Source: Erysipelotrichaceae bacterium (lineage in GTDB: Bacteria > Bacillota_I > Bacilli_A > Erysipelotrichales > Erysipelotrichaceae). From it: DNA of 32,000 bases. Position numbers and translations under genes: made by a program. The notes beneath the pieces were generated by a model. It had not been told where the DNA came from. It saw nothing but the letters and a program-made list of their open reading frames with translations, and searched no databases. Of this stretch, positions 9,162-17,468 are shown piece after piece (position 1 is the stretch's first letter; every line of letters starts with the position of its first letter). The DNA lies in the NCBI GenBank assembly GCA_030604855.1, contig JAUVVC010000004.1, forward strand, positions 60,001 through 92,000. Direction: 5' to 3'.

Positions 9162-9960
9162 AAATTTGTCTCCATTGGTCCAAGGTCAAGGCTTCGGCAC
9201 GAATGCTTTCGGATACGTTCAATTCTTTGAGAATGGCTTTGATGTTGGATACCTCTTTTAGATTGTTTACCAAGGTTTTCCGACGTTGAACAAAGCCTTT
9301 CTTTACTAGACTGAAGAAGGGCTTAAGGCTCGCTTGATCCACGTCTTTACGAATCAATTGAACCACCGCAGAATCCACATTCGGTGCGGGATGAAAGACA
9401 TTCGGAGGCACCTTCATAACCATCTTGATATCACAAAGAGTCTGCAAGATGATGGAAAGCGCGTTGTAATCCTTGGTGTTCACTTGTGCATTGAAACGAT
9501 CCGCCACTTCACGTTGAACCATGATCGTAATCGTTCGAATGCTGGGCAGTTCCTCAAGGATATGGAAAAGAATGGGTGTGGTGATGTAATACGGTAGATT
9601 CCCCACACAGTGTGTCGCCTGTGTCGCTTCAATTTCCTCAGGTGTTGTGGTTAGAAAGTCTTTATCGATTACGGTCAGATTCGTTTTATCATGAAACTGT
9701 TCATCTAAAACTTTGATACAGTCTTTATCGATCTCATACGCCGTCACATGTTTCGCTATCATAAGCAACTGTTCCGTCAAAGCCCCGATTCCTGGTCCGA
9801 TTTCAATGATGTGTCGATCTTGTGCATCGGATAAGCGTGCGATTTTCTCTACGATCTTGGGATCAATGATAAAATTCTGACCGAATTTCTTCTTGGCCGT
9901 CAAATGGTGTTCCCGAAGGATCTTTATGGTTTGTGCATGGGAGCTTATTGGTTTTTGCAT
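9139..9960 (-). CDS. rsmA: 16S rRNA (adenine1518/1519-N6)-dimethyltransferase
   Basis: Contains KKKFGQNFIID, the SAM motif IIEIGPGIGALT, and GNLPYYITTPI. Confidence 0.95.
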   Translation of the reverse strand: MQKPISSHAQTIKILREHHLTAKKKFGQNFIIDPKIVEKIARLSDAQDRHIIEIGPGIGALTEQLLMIAKHVTAYEIDKDCIKVLDEQFHDKTNLTVIDKDFLTTTPEEIEATQATHCVGNLPYYITTPILFHILEELPSIRTITIMVQREVADRFNAQVNTKDYNALSIILQTLCDIKMVMKVPPNVFHPAPNVDSAVVQLIRKDVDQASLKPFFSLVKKGFVQRRKTLVNNLKEVSNIKAILKELNVSESIRAEALTLDQWRQIYEMSSVR

Positions 9961-10484
9961 GAGATGAGTTTCTTTTCTAGGTCTTCTTTCGTAAGATGTT
10001 TAAACTGACATTGTTTCAAGAAGCTTTTCGCATTACCTTCTTGGATATGGTAGATGTTCGCGAGTTGATTACGCAGTGCTTGGCTTTCAGGGTGACCGCT
10101 TAATTTTAAATCAATCAAATCATTCAGTGTCAGATCCGATGTTTGATCATCGATGGTATACAGGTTCTGAAGGGCTTCAAGAATGTGTTCATTCGATGCA
10201 TGTTCAACCCCGACCTTACGCTTGTCGCGTGCGACCTTTGAAGGTAGCACCGCATGCTTGAGCCCGGGGATCTTCGCATCCAATAAAGCTCTTAAACGCT
10301 TTCCAGGGTTGTCTGGGTCTGTAAATACGATCACGCCTGATGTCATTTGAGCTTCCTTGATCACTTCGATTGTCTTAGCTTTGATGTGTGAACCATTGGT
10401 GATGATCACATTGGCTTCCACAACCTTCAAAATGGCTTGTTTATCATGGTAGCCTTCGACTACGATCATTTCTTTTATCTTCAT
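9945..10484 (-). CDS. rnmV: Ribonuclease M5 (TOPRIM domain)
   Basis: MKIKEMIVVEGYHDK...VFTDPDNPG matches the RnmV N-terminus. I trimmed the start to the ATG at 10484; the track's extension runs through the promoter and terminator. Confidence 0.9.
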   Translation of the reverse strand: MKIKEMIVVEGYHDKQAILKVVEANVIITNGSHIKAKTIEVIKEAQMTSGVIVFTDPDNPGKRLRALLDAKIPGLKHAVLPSKVARDKRKVGVEHASNEHILEALQNLYTIDDQTSDLTLNDLIDLKLSGHPESQALRNQLANIYHIQEGNAKSFLKQCQFKHLTKEDLEKKLISCKNQ

Positions 10485-10491
10485 CGTGCTT

Positions 10492-10500
10492 ATTATACCA
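10492..10500 (-). promoter_or_regulatory. Extended -10 promoter (TGGTATAAT) of rnmV-rsmA-ispE
   Basis: The minus strand reads TGGTATAAT. Only 7 nt (AAGCACG) separate it from the rnmV ATG, and there is no Shine-Dalgarno sequence. Confidence 0.5.
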
Positions 10501-10511
10501 TTCACGACGAT

Positions 10512-10558
10512 AAAAAAAGTACTTCGATACAAACCCTTGGTCTGTATCCTGAAGTACT
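10512..10558 (-). terminator. Rho-independent terminator downstream of the 3D-domain lipoprotein gene
   Basis: The minus strand reads AGTACTTCagGATACA-gaccaagggtt-TGTATCGAAGTACT followed by TTTTTTT. Confidence 0.75.
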
Positions 10559-11399
10559 AACGACACACCCTCTCACCTGAACTATTCTTCGTCCATTTTA
10601 GGAAATTCACCACTGTCACCTTCGTATTTGCCGTACGTTTGTTTGTCACCACGTTTATATTTTTTTCACTTCCGACAAATAAATCCAGTTTATTGGTGGT
10701 GATTGCGCCACCACGATCGACGACGATCGCTTTGAACGCTACCCCTGGTGTTAAGCCCATACCACTAAAGGTATGATTTGAAATCTCTAAAACAGTACAA
10801 TTTGGGAAAGCTTTATCCGCTGCGAGGACATAATAGCCATCGTAGGTGATGCCTTCTTTCCACGTGCCATCCGATTGACGAACACTGGATCCATTCAAAC
10901 GAATGCCGGCTGAAGTTCCTGCCGCCCCATCCAAGCCGATATAACAACCCACACAGTCATAACCGTATTTGGTAATGACACGTGCATTGAAATAAGCGTT
11001 CTTGACGACTTTCGCGCCGTACTGGTAGATGGTTGGTTTCCCTTCGATATACACTTCTGAATCAGGTATGAATTCTTTGGATAGTAGATTGCCTTCACTA
11101 TCATAGGTCGAACGATAGCGAGTTTCTGTGTAGCCGACGCTACCATCACTCACTTTTGAGATGAGCCATGAATAACCTGTTCGCGAGGTATCCATAGGTT
11201 TAAGGACTGTTTTAATTGGTGTCGTATCTAAAGTAGTCTCAACGCTCTCTTCAAACGTAAAAGGCGAAACAATGGACGCGCTCAAGATGGCCGTATCTTC
11301 ACTTTTCTGAAGTACAATCGTCGTGCTCTCCGTTGTTTGTGTACATGCCGTCAGGAAGATCATCACTCCCAACAACCATGCTTTCTTGTTTTTAATCAA
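10557..11399 (-). CDS. YabE-like 3D-domain (RlpA-like double-psi beta-barrel) cell-wall lipoprotein
   Basis: The C-terminal stretch AIVVDRGGAITTNKLDLFV fits the 3D domain, and the gene sits next to rnmV as yabE does in Bacillus. I moved the start to the TTG at 11399 (AAAGGAG RBS 8 nt upstream). This gives the lipoprotein signal MIKNKKAWLLGVMIFLTAC, and the track start at 11450 lies upstream of the predicted promoter's -10 element, which falls inside the extension. Confidence 0.75.
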   Translation of the reverse strand: MIKNKKAWLLGVMIFLTACTQTTESTTIVLQKSEDTAILSASIVSPFTFEESVETTLDTTPIKTVLKPMDTSRTGYSWLISKVSDGSVGYTETRYRSTYDSEGNLLSKEFIPDSEVYIEGKPTIYQYGAKVVKNAYFNARVITKYGYDCVGCYIGLDGAAGTSAGIRLNGSSVRQSDGTWKEGITYDGYYVLAADKAFPNCTVLEISNHTFSGMGLTPGVAFKAIVVDRGGAITTNKLDLFVGSEKNINVVTNKRTANTKVTVVNFLKWTKNSSGERVCR

Positions 11400-11428
11400 T
11401 CGTTTGTCTCCTTTTTGATGACTTAGCG

Positions 11429-11457
11429 ATTTTAGCACATGTTTTTCCATATGGCAA
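11429..11457 (-). promoter_or_regulatory. Sigma-A type promoter of the 3D-domain lipoprotein gene
   Basis: The minus strand has TTGCCA (11452-11457), a 17-nt spacer ending in TG, then TAAAAT (11429-11434). Confidence 0.6.
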
Positions 11458-11580
11458 ATTTTTGGCTTACTTTTCGGTCAGTTTGGCTTAAAATAAGGGT
11501 TTTTTGATGATTTTATCTGCTTTTTTGACGATGAAAAGACATAATCTTGGTTAATTCTATTTAATACAAGATAATAATTG

Positions 11581-11620
11581 TTGACATTATGTATATAATA
11601 CTTTACATTATGTTTATATT
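11581..11620 (+). promoter_or_regulatory. Promoter plus tandem operator-like repeats of the membrane-protein/XRE/oxidoreductase operon
   Basis: TTGACA (11581-11586), 17 nt, then TACATT (11604-11609). Two 19-bp direct repeats, TTGACATTATGTATATAAT and TTTACATTATGTTTATATT (16/19 identical, 21-bp register), each contain the inverted motif ACATnATGT. Confidence 0.55.
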
Positions 11621-11648
11621 GATAGACATTCTAGAGGAGGAACCGAAG

Positions 11649-12143
11649 ATGACATATCAAACTAAGAAGACCATGATCAGCTTATTGACAAGTCTGATCC
11701 TATTATTCAGCTACTGCATCACTGTTTACAATGACTTTTCTAAGGGTTTGATCTTTGAGAATGATGCGCGTTTTTGGGCAAGAAGAATGCTTTTGTTCAT
11801 TGCGATCGGGGTCGTTTTGAACATCATCTCCTTTATTGTATTTCACATTTTATTGTCTGTAAATGTGTCTGTTAAGGGCAGTACAACAGATAGTAAAGAA
11901 ATCAATCGTAAACTCGAATTGGAAATGATCGAAGATGAAATGGACAAGCTGATTGAGCTCAAAGCACTGCGTGTTGGCTACATCGTTTCCAGTACAGGGT
12001 TCATTCTTAGTCTCATCTTATTTGCATTCAACATCGCCATTGCGATCGTACTAAATATCCTTTTTCTATCATTCTTCGTTGGTGGAATCTTTGAAGGCTT
12101 CAGTAACCTCTTCTTTTATTACAGAGGGATCCGCAATGCCTAA
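11649..12143 (+). CDS. Small 4-TM membrane protein of unknown function
   Basis: 164 aa from MTYQTKK (GAGGAGG RBS). Two hydrophobic helix pairs flank a charged segment, KEINRKLELEMIEDEMDKLIELK. The stop overlaps the downstream XRE gene's start by 8 nt. Confidence 0.7.
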   Translation: MTYQTKKTMISLLTSLILLFSYCITVYNDFSKGLIFENDARFWARRMLLFIAIGVVLNIISFIVFHILLSVNVSVKGSTTDSKEINRKLELEMIEDEMDKLIELKALRVGYIVSSTGFILSLILFAFNIAIAIVLNILFLSFFVGGIFEGFSNLFFYYRGIRNA

Positions 12144-12366
12144 GAAATTCAACATCACCAATAATGTTCGTACACTTCGGTTCTTTGCGAACGAAATGAC
12201 CCAGCAGGATTTGGCTGAGAAAGCTGGTGTCTCTCGGCAAACCATCATGGCCATTGAAGCGGGCAAATATGCACCCACTTTGGAACTGGCTTTTCGCATC
12301 GCGGACGCTTTCGACGTGTCCATCACTGAAGTTTTTGGTTTCGAAGCCAAGGAGGATGTCAAATGA
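12136..12366 (+). CDS. Short XRE/Cro-type helix-turn-helix transcriptional regulator
   Basis: 76 aa from MPKKFNI. HTH_3 pattern: MTQQDLAEKAGVSRQTIMAIEAGKYAPTLELAFRIADAFDVSITEVF. Confidence 0.85.
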   Translation: MPKKFNITNNVRTLRFFANEMTQQDLAEKAGVSRQTIMAIEAGKYAPTLELAFRIADAFDVSITEVFGFEAKEDVK

Positions 12367-13295
12367 AGGCTCTGATCTATAAGGATAAATCCTTTTCATT
12401 CAAGGACATCGATGTCCCCATCCCAACACAGGATGAAGTCTTGATCAAGGTATACAACACATCGCTCAATGCTGGTGATTATCGACTGATTCAATTGAAC
12501 GCTGGACTTCCGAAGTCCGGCATCCTCGGCAACGCAATCGCAGGTGTTGTGGAAAGTCTTGGATCAGATGTGAAGAGCTTGAATGTGGGTGACCGTATCG
12601 TAGTGGATACCTCGGATGCGGGTTTTGGTGGATTGGCTGAGTACGCCATCGCAAAAGCAAGTGTTTGTGTGAACCTACCTGATGCCGTTACGTTTATCGA
12701 TGCCTCCGCATGTCCTGTCGCATCCACAACAGCTCTTCAAGCGCTCACCCTCTTTAAAACAATCAAACAGAAGGATGAAGTCTTGATCGTTGGCGCTAGT
12801 GGTGGGGTTGGGACCTTTGCCGTACAGCTTGCCAAACATTTTGGAGCACAGGTGACAGCGGTATGCAGCACACAGAATGTCGATTCCACAAGGCAACTTG
12901 GAGCAGATGTCGTTCTCAACTATAAAAAAGATGACCTGCATGCCTTAAATGAAACGTATGATTTGATTCTTGCGATCAATGGGGCATATCCTTTGTCTCT
13001 GTATCGAAAGCTACTGAAAAAGGATGGGGTCTATGTCATGGTTGGTGGACCCATCAAGCAGTTCATTATGAACATGCTTCTATGTCCTGTTTACTCCTTA
13101 GGTAAGAAGAAATTCAGGATTCTTAATTCCAAATCCAATTCAAGTGATCTCAGTCAAATCATTGAGCTTGTAAGTGAACACAAAATCAAACCAAGCATCG
13201 AACTTGTCTATCCATTTAACGAAACCATTGAAGCCTTTAAAACCTTTGAAAAAGGGCATTCTAAAGGGAAGATCGTAATACAAATTCAAGAATAA
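12363..13295 (+). CDS. MDR-superfamily NAD(P)H-dependent oxidoreductase (quinone oxidoreductase-like)
   Basis: 310 aa with the GroES-like N-terminus DEVLIKV...VGDRIV and the Rossmann motif VLIVGASGGVGTFAVQLAK. ATGA overlap with the XRE gene's stop. Confidence 0.85.
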   Translation: MKALIYKDKSFSFKDIDVPIPTQDEVLIKVYNTSLNAGDYRLIQLNAGLPKSGILGNAIAGVVESLGSDVKSLNVGDRIVVDTSDAGFGGLAEYAIAKASVCVNLPDAVTFIDASACPVASTTALQALTLFKTIKQKDEVLIVGASGGVGTFAVQLAKHFGAQVTAVCSTQNVDSTRQLGADVVLNYKKDDLHALNETYDLILAINGAYPLSLYRKLLKKDGVYVMVGGPIKQFIMNMLLCPVYSLGKKKFRILNSKSNSSDLSQIIELVSEHKIKPSIELVYPFNETIEAFKTFEKGHSKGKIVIQIQE

Positions 13296-13297
13296 AG

Positions 13298-13323
13298 AAA
13301 AAGCGTCCTTCTTCTGACGCTTT
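13298..13323. terminator. Bidirectional terminator between the convergent oxidoreductase gene and tatD
   Basis: AAAAAGCGTC-cttcttct-GACGCTTT, with A/T runs on both sides. Confidence 0.65.
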
Positions 13324-14086
13324 ACGCATTTTCAACCAATCGTCTATAATTTGCCTCGAGGGCAAACTCCAATTCATTCAGAGCGATTCCTCGTAATTCC
13401 GCAATCACCTTTGCCGTCTCCACGACATAGGCACTTTCATTGCGTTTGCCCCGAAACGGATGGGGTGCCAAGTAGGGGCTATCCGTCTCGATAAGTAGCC
13501 ATTCAATAGGAATATCCTTTGCCACATCCTTTGGGATATGTGCATTTTTGAAGGTTACCGGTCCTGCAAGTGAGATGTAGAAACCAAGCTTAATGTATTC
13601 GCGTGCCATCTCTACACTCCCCGAATAACAATGCATGACGCCACCACGTTTAACGGGATGCGTTTTTAAGAGGTCGTAAGTTCTTTTGGAGGCATCCCGC
13701 ATGTGGATGGAAATGGGTTTATTGAGTTGATTCGCCCATTCGATCTGTTTGATGAAGAGTGTTTCTTGAAGTTTATGATGTTCAGGGTCTTTGTCCCAAT
13801 AGAAATCCAAACCGATCTCACCGACAAGTTTAACTTTAGGATCCTTCATCAATTCAAACATGCTGGATTCATCCCGATCTTCCAGAACAGCTTCAGGATG
13901 AAAGCCAATCGCCACATCAAACAGTTCATCCGTTGATGCCAGTGCAAGTGCACGTTTCGCCCCTTCCACATCACAGCCAATCAAGACAATCCTCCCTAAT
14001 CCGGCTTCTTTAGCCCGCTGGATGATTTCCGATCGATCCTCATCAAACGCATCGTCCGCAAGATGGGCGTGGGTATCAATCCACAT
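13322..14086 (-). CDS. tatD: TatD-family metal-dependent DNase/hydrolase (YabD-like)
   Basis: 254 aa with MWIDTHAHL, VGEIGLDFYW, SIHMRDA and LIETDSPYLAP motifs. Confidence 0.9.
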   Translation of the reverse strand: MWIDTHAHLADDAFDEDRSEIIQRAKEAGLGRIVLIGCDVEGAKRALALASTDELFDVAIGFHPEAVLEDRDESSMFELMKDPKVKLVGEIGLDFYWDKDPEHHKLQETLFIKQIEWANQLNKPISIHMRDASKRTYDLLKTHPVKRGGVMHCYSGSVEMAREYIKLGFYISLAGPVTFKNAHIPKDVAKDIPIEWLLIETDSPYLAPHPFRGKRNESAYVVETAKVIAELRGIALNELEFALEANYRRLVENA

Positions 14087-14510
14087 TGTAGACCTCAGTT
14101 CGTGCTAAGCGATCGTGTAAGGAGGATCTTGAGTCTTGCATCAAGATGATCAGTACGGAGATCAAACTGAAAACCCAGAAGAACATGTTCGTAAACAAAG
14201 CTTTGAACAATGATCTGAGCACCAACCTGAAGTTGGAGCTCGGAAGATCGATGGTTCGCACCTTTAGACGCATCAAACTCTTTCCAATCGTCGTCTTAAA
14301 GACAGATAAGGCAATGATTTCATAGATCACAAAGAAAACAGTGCTCGTGAGTTGAAAGCGCCAAAAAGGATGATTCAACCAACCCATGAACGGAAGAATA
14401 CTGAGCAATATTCTGAATAGTGAGAAGATCAGATTGAAGACAAAGCTTGGGATGCCCACAAGCACACTGTCGATCAGATGAGCAATAATGCGTTTAATTA
14501 GAAGTTCCAT
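14076..14510 (-). CDS. RDD-family membrane protein
   Basis: 144 aa from MELLIKRIIAHLIDSVLV, with a C-terminal HDRLARTEV typical of RDD proteins. I trimmed the start to the ATG at 14510 (GGGGA RBS), directly after the mnmE stop. It overlaps tatD by 11 nt. Confidence 0.7.
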   Translation of the reverse strand: MELLIKRIIAHLIDSVLVGIPSFVFNLIFSLFRILLSILPFMGWLNHPFWRFQLTSTVFFVIYEIIALSVFKTTIGKSLMRLKVRTIDLPSSNFRLVLRSLFKALFTNMFFWVFSLISVLIILMQDSRSSLHDRLARTEVYNVD

Positions 14511-14511
14511 G

Positions 14512-15834
14512 TTATTTCCCCAAACAGAAGCGACTGAAGATCTCATCTTGGATCGACACATCGTCCAAGGATCCAATCGCATGCAGCGCTTGATAAGCTT
14601 CACGTAAATCAATGTTAATCAAATCAATCTCATTCTCCACTTCAATCGATAGAAGCGCTTGACGCATCGCGTTGAGTGCTTGCATCGCCAAGCCTACCGT
14701 TCTTTGTGTGCTCAAGACAGGTCGTTTAAAGACGAACTGATGGACTTCATAGCGTGCGTTGATCGCATCGACCAAGCTTTGAATGTCGCGATGCATGGCA
14801 CTGATTTCCAAACGATCGGGTTTGGACTTGAGATCTTTTTTATTGTAGATAAGCATCAGCTTATCGGGATCGATCTTACTCAAGAGCGATTCTTCTTCCG
14901 TGTCCAAACCTACGCCGGCGTCCACGAGAAACAAGACCAGTTCCGCTTGTTCAATCATTTGATAGGTCTTATCAATACCCAGTCGTTCGATGCGGTCTTC
15001 ACTCTCGCGAATCCCTGCGGTATCCAAGAGATGTAGACTGACGTTCTTTAAGCGGATGAATCCTTCCACCACATCGCGAGTGGTGCCGGCGATTTCCGTG
15101 ACGATGGCTTTATCTTCATTGAGTAAAGCGTTCAATAAGGATGATTTCCCAACATTGGGCTTCCCAACAATGGCTGTTTTGACGCCATTGCGCATTGTGA
15201 TGCCACTCTTGGCTTCTTCCAAAAGGGTCATCAGCTTCTTTTCAAAGTCTTTGCATAAAGGATAGAGTGTTTTGCGTGTCATCTCTTCCAGATCGTATTC
15301 CGGATAGTCGATGTTTACTTCAATGTGTGCGATGATGGCGAGCAGCTCTTCTTTCAGAGGTTCAATCAATTGCTTGATGGAGCCTTTTAGGCCTTGGATG
15401 GCCAATTGTGCGCTTTGTTCACTGTCCGCATTGACCAAGTCGTTGATGGCTTCAGCCTGGCTCACATCGATGCGTCCGTTCATAACGGCACGTTGTGTGA
15501 ATTCACCATTGTTCGCAAGACGAGCACCCAGACCTAAGACTAAACTGAGGATCTTTTGTGTCACATAGATGCCCCCATGGCATTGGATCTCCACCACATC
15601 CTCACGTGTATAGCTGTGAGGTGCTTTCATAACCAATACAATGACTTCATCCACAAGCTGTTCATTCTCATGCACAAAACCATAGGTAAGCCTATGGTCT
15701 TGGTTGGATAGTGATTTTTTTAGAAGTTGTTCGGTGATTTCAAGCGCACGATCCCCACTCAAACGGATGATGGATACCGCTTGAATCGCTAATGCGGTTG
15801 AAAGTGAAACGATCGTATCGTGTAAAGGATTCAT
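14512..15834 (-). CDS. mnmE: tRNA uridine-5-carboxymethylaminomethyl modification GTPase
   Basis: G-domain motifs GKPNVGKSSLLNAL, DTAGIR and NKKDL, plus the C-terminal FCLGK tail. ATGA overlap with the parB stop. Confidence 0.95.
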   Translation of the reverse strand: MNPLHDTIVSLSTALAIQAVSIIRLSGDRALEITEQLLKKSLSNQDHRLTYGFVHENEQLVDEVIVLVMKAPHSYTREDVVEIQCHGGIYVTQKILSLVLGLGARLANNGEFTQRAVMNGRIDVSQAEAINDLVNADSEQSAQLAIQGLKGSIKQLIEPLKEELLAIIAHIEVNIDYPEYDLEEMTRKTLYPLCKDFEKKLMTLLEEAKSGITMRNGVKTAIVGKPNVGKSSLLNALLNEDKAIVTEIAGTTRDVVEGFIRLKNVSLHLLDTAGIRESEDRIERLGIDKTYQMIEQAELVLFLVDAGVGLDTEEESLLSKIDPDKLMLIYNKKDLKSKPDRLEISAMHRDIQSLVDAINARYEVHQFVFKRPVLSTQRTVGLAMQALNAMRQALLSIEVENEIDLINIDLREAYQALHAIGSLDDVSIQDEIFSRFCLGK

Positions 15835-16679
15835 TTTTCTAAGGCATCCAATGTTTCGAGGATGCGATTCAAATCCTCTTCACTATTAAAGTGAATCTGG
15901 ATCTTATGGCCTTCAATCAAGACTTTGGTCTGTAGTTTATTTCTAAGCAAGGTCTCCGCATAACTGTATTTCTGAACAGGCTTTGGTTTTGGAGTGGGCT
16001 TACGTTTAACCAATTGTTCAACTTCACGAGCACTGAATTTTTCTTTCGCAATCCGTTTCGCCAAGGCTTCAACTTCCTGCTTGTCTTCCATACTGATCAA
16101 AGGTTTGACCTGACCCATGCTTAACTCTTGGTTTTCCAACATGTGGATGACCGTTTCAGGGAGTTGGAATAAACGTAGCGTATTGGTGATGTGCACACGG
16201 CTCTTACCAACCTTCTTACCCAAGTCTTCTTGCGTCAAACCCAGTTTTTCAATCAAAGTCTGATAAGCACGTGCTTCTTCGATGATGTTCAAGTCTTCAC
16301 GTTGAATGTTTTCAATCAACGAAATTTCCATCATTTGTTGGTCATCAAATTCCAAGACGATGGCAGGGATTTTATCCAAACCGGCTTCTTTGGCAGCTCT
16401 TAAACGCCTTTCACCCGCAATGAGTTGAAAGCCACTTACTGCTTTACGCACCAAAATCGGTGTGAAGACACCGTGTTCACGAATACTTTGGGCAAGTTCC
16501 GCAATCTTATCCGCATCGAAGTGTGTACGCGGTTGGTAGGGATTGGGATGAATCAATGCACAGGCAATCTTTTCACTGTTTTGTGATCCACTATGTTGAA
16601 TCTCTTCTAGAACGGTACTGACATTATCCCCAAATATCGCAGATAAGCCTTTCCCTAAACGGTTCTTTTCATCACTCAT
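15831..16679 (-). CDS. parB: Chromosome partitioning protein ParB/Spo0J
   Basis: 282 aa with NPYQPR, the ParB box [11 protein letters not shown], and an HTH region [23 protein letters not shown]. Confidence 0.9.
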   Translation of the reverse strand: MSDEKNRLGKGLSAIFGDNVSTVLEEIQHSGSQNSEKIACALIHPNPYQPRTHFDADKIAELAQSIREHGVFTPILVRKAVSGFQLIAGERRLRAAKEAGLDKIPAIVLEFDDQQMMEISLIENIQREDLNIIEEARAYQTLIEKLGLTQEDLGKKVGKSRVHITNTLRLFQLPETVIHMLENQELSMGQVKPLISMEDKQEVEALAKRIAKEKFSAREVEQLVKRKPTPKPKPVQKYSYAETLLRNKLQTKVLIEGHKIQIHFNSEEDLNRILETLDALEK

Positions 16680-17455
16680 TTGTTTACCCCCTCATTCTGG
16701 AGTATGACTTCTTTGGCGAGTGCCGCATAAGCCTTAGCTCCTTCGGATCGAACATCGTATTCAAAAATACTTTGACCTCGTGAAGGTGCTTCCGATAACT
16801 TGATGTTTCGCGGAATGTAGGATTTATACACACGCTCTTTGAAATATTTACGAACTTCTTGTTGGACTTCGACACTCAACTTCGTACGCGCATCAAACAT
16901 GGTCAAAAGAATTCCTTCAATCATAAGTTTCGTATTAAACAACTTTTGAACCAAACGAATGGTAGAAAGAAGCTGTGTCAAACCCTCCAATGCATAATAT
17001 TCACATTGGACTGGGATGATGACGGAATCCGCAGCTGTTAAAGCATTGGTATTCAAAAGACCAAGCGAAGGTGGACAATCAATGACGATGTAATCATAAA
17101 GTTCCTTAACCACATCCAACTTATTCTTAAGCAGTTTCTCACGTCCTGCTTTATATTGAACCATCTCGAGATCCGCACCTGCTAAATCAATGGTGGCAGG
17201 AATCAGACATAAAGGCGGTTGCTTGATGCGTAAACGCGCTTGCTCAACACTGACCTCACCCATGACCACATCATAAATACTGTTCTTAATGGATTCACGA
17301 GAAGCACCCACACCTTGGGTGCTGTTGGCTTGCGGATCAAAATCCACCAGAAGAACCTTCTTACCCAAATAAGCAAGGCCTGATGCCAGATTGATGCTGG
17401 TCGTGGTTTTACCCACCCCACCCTTTTGATTTGCGACCGCAATGATTTTTCCCAT
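16676..17455 (-). CDS. parA: Chromosome partitioning ATPase ParA/Soj
   Basis: 259 aa with the deviant Walker [20 protein letters not shown] overlap with parB. Confidence 0.95.
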   Translation of the reverse strand: MGKIIAVANQKGGVGKTTTSINLASGLAYLGKKVLLVDFDPQANSTQGVGASRESIKNSIYDVVMGEVSVEQARLRIKQPPLCLIPATIDLAGADLEMVQYKAGREKLLKNKLDVVKELYDYIVIDCPPSLGLLNTNALTAADSVIIPVQCEYYALEGLTQLLSTIRLVQKLFNTKLMIEGILLTMFDARTKLSVEVQQEVRKYFKERVYKSYIPRNIKLSEAPSRGQSIFEYDVRSEGAKAYAALAKEVILQNEGVNK

Positions 17456-17468
17456 AAAATCCTCTTTT

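Noticed and set aside
12069-12399. Two minus-strand ORFs (97 and 99 aa) antisense to the XRE regulator gene.
   Set aside because: The plus-strand reading gives a textbook HTH_3 protein with overlap coupling to both neighbours. The antisense products have no recognisable features and no RBS.
16265-16276. 12-bp perfect palindrome AAGCACGTGCTT inside parB. It shares the CACGTG core of parS, and Bacillus has a parS inside spo0J.
   Set aside because: The flanks do not match the parS consensus TGTTNCACGTGAAACA at any of the three arm positions adjacent to the core. The palindrome coincides with conserved coding sequence (EEARAY). By eye I found no convincing parS or Noc-binding (ATTTCCCGGGAAAT-like) site in the window, but a proper pattern scan should confirm this.
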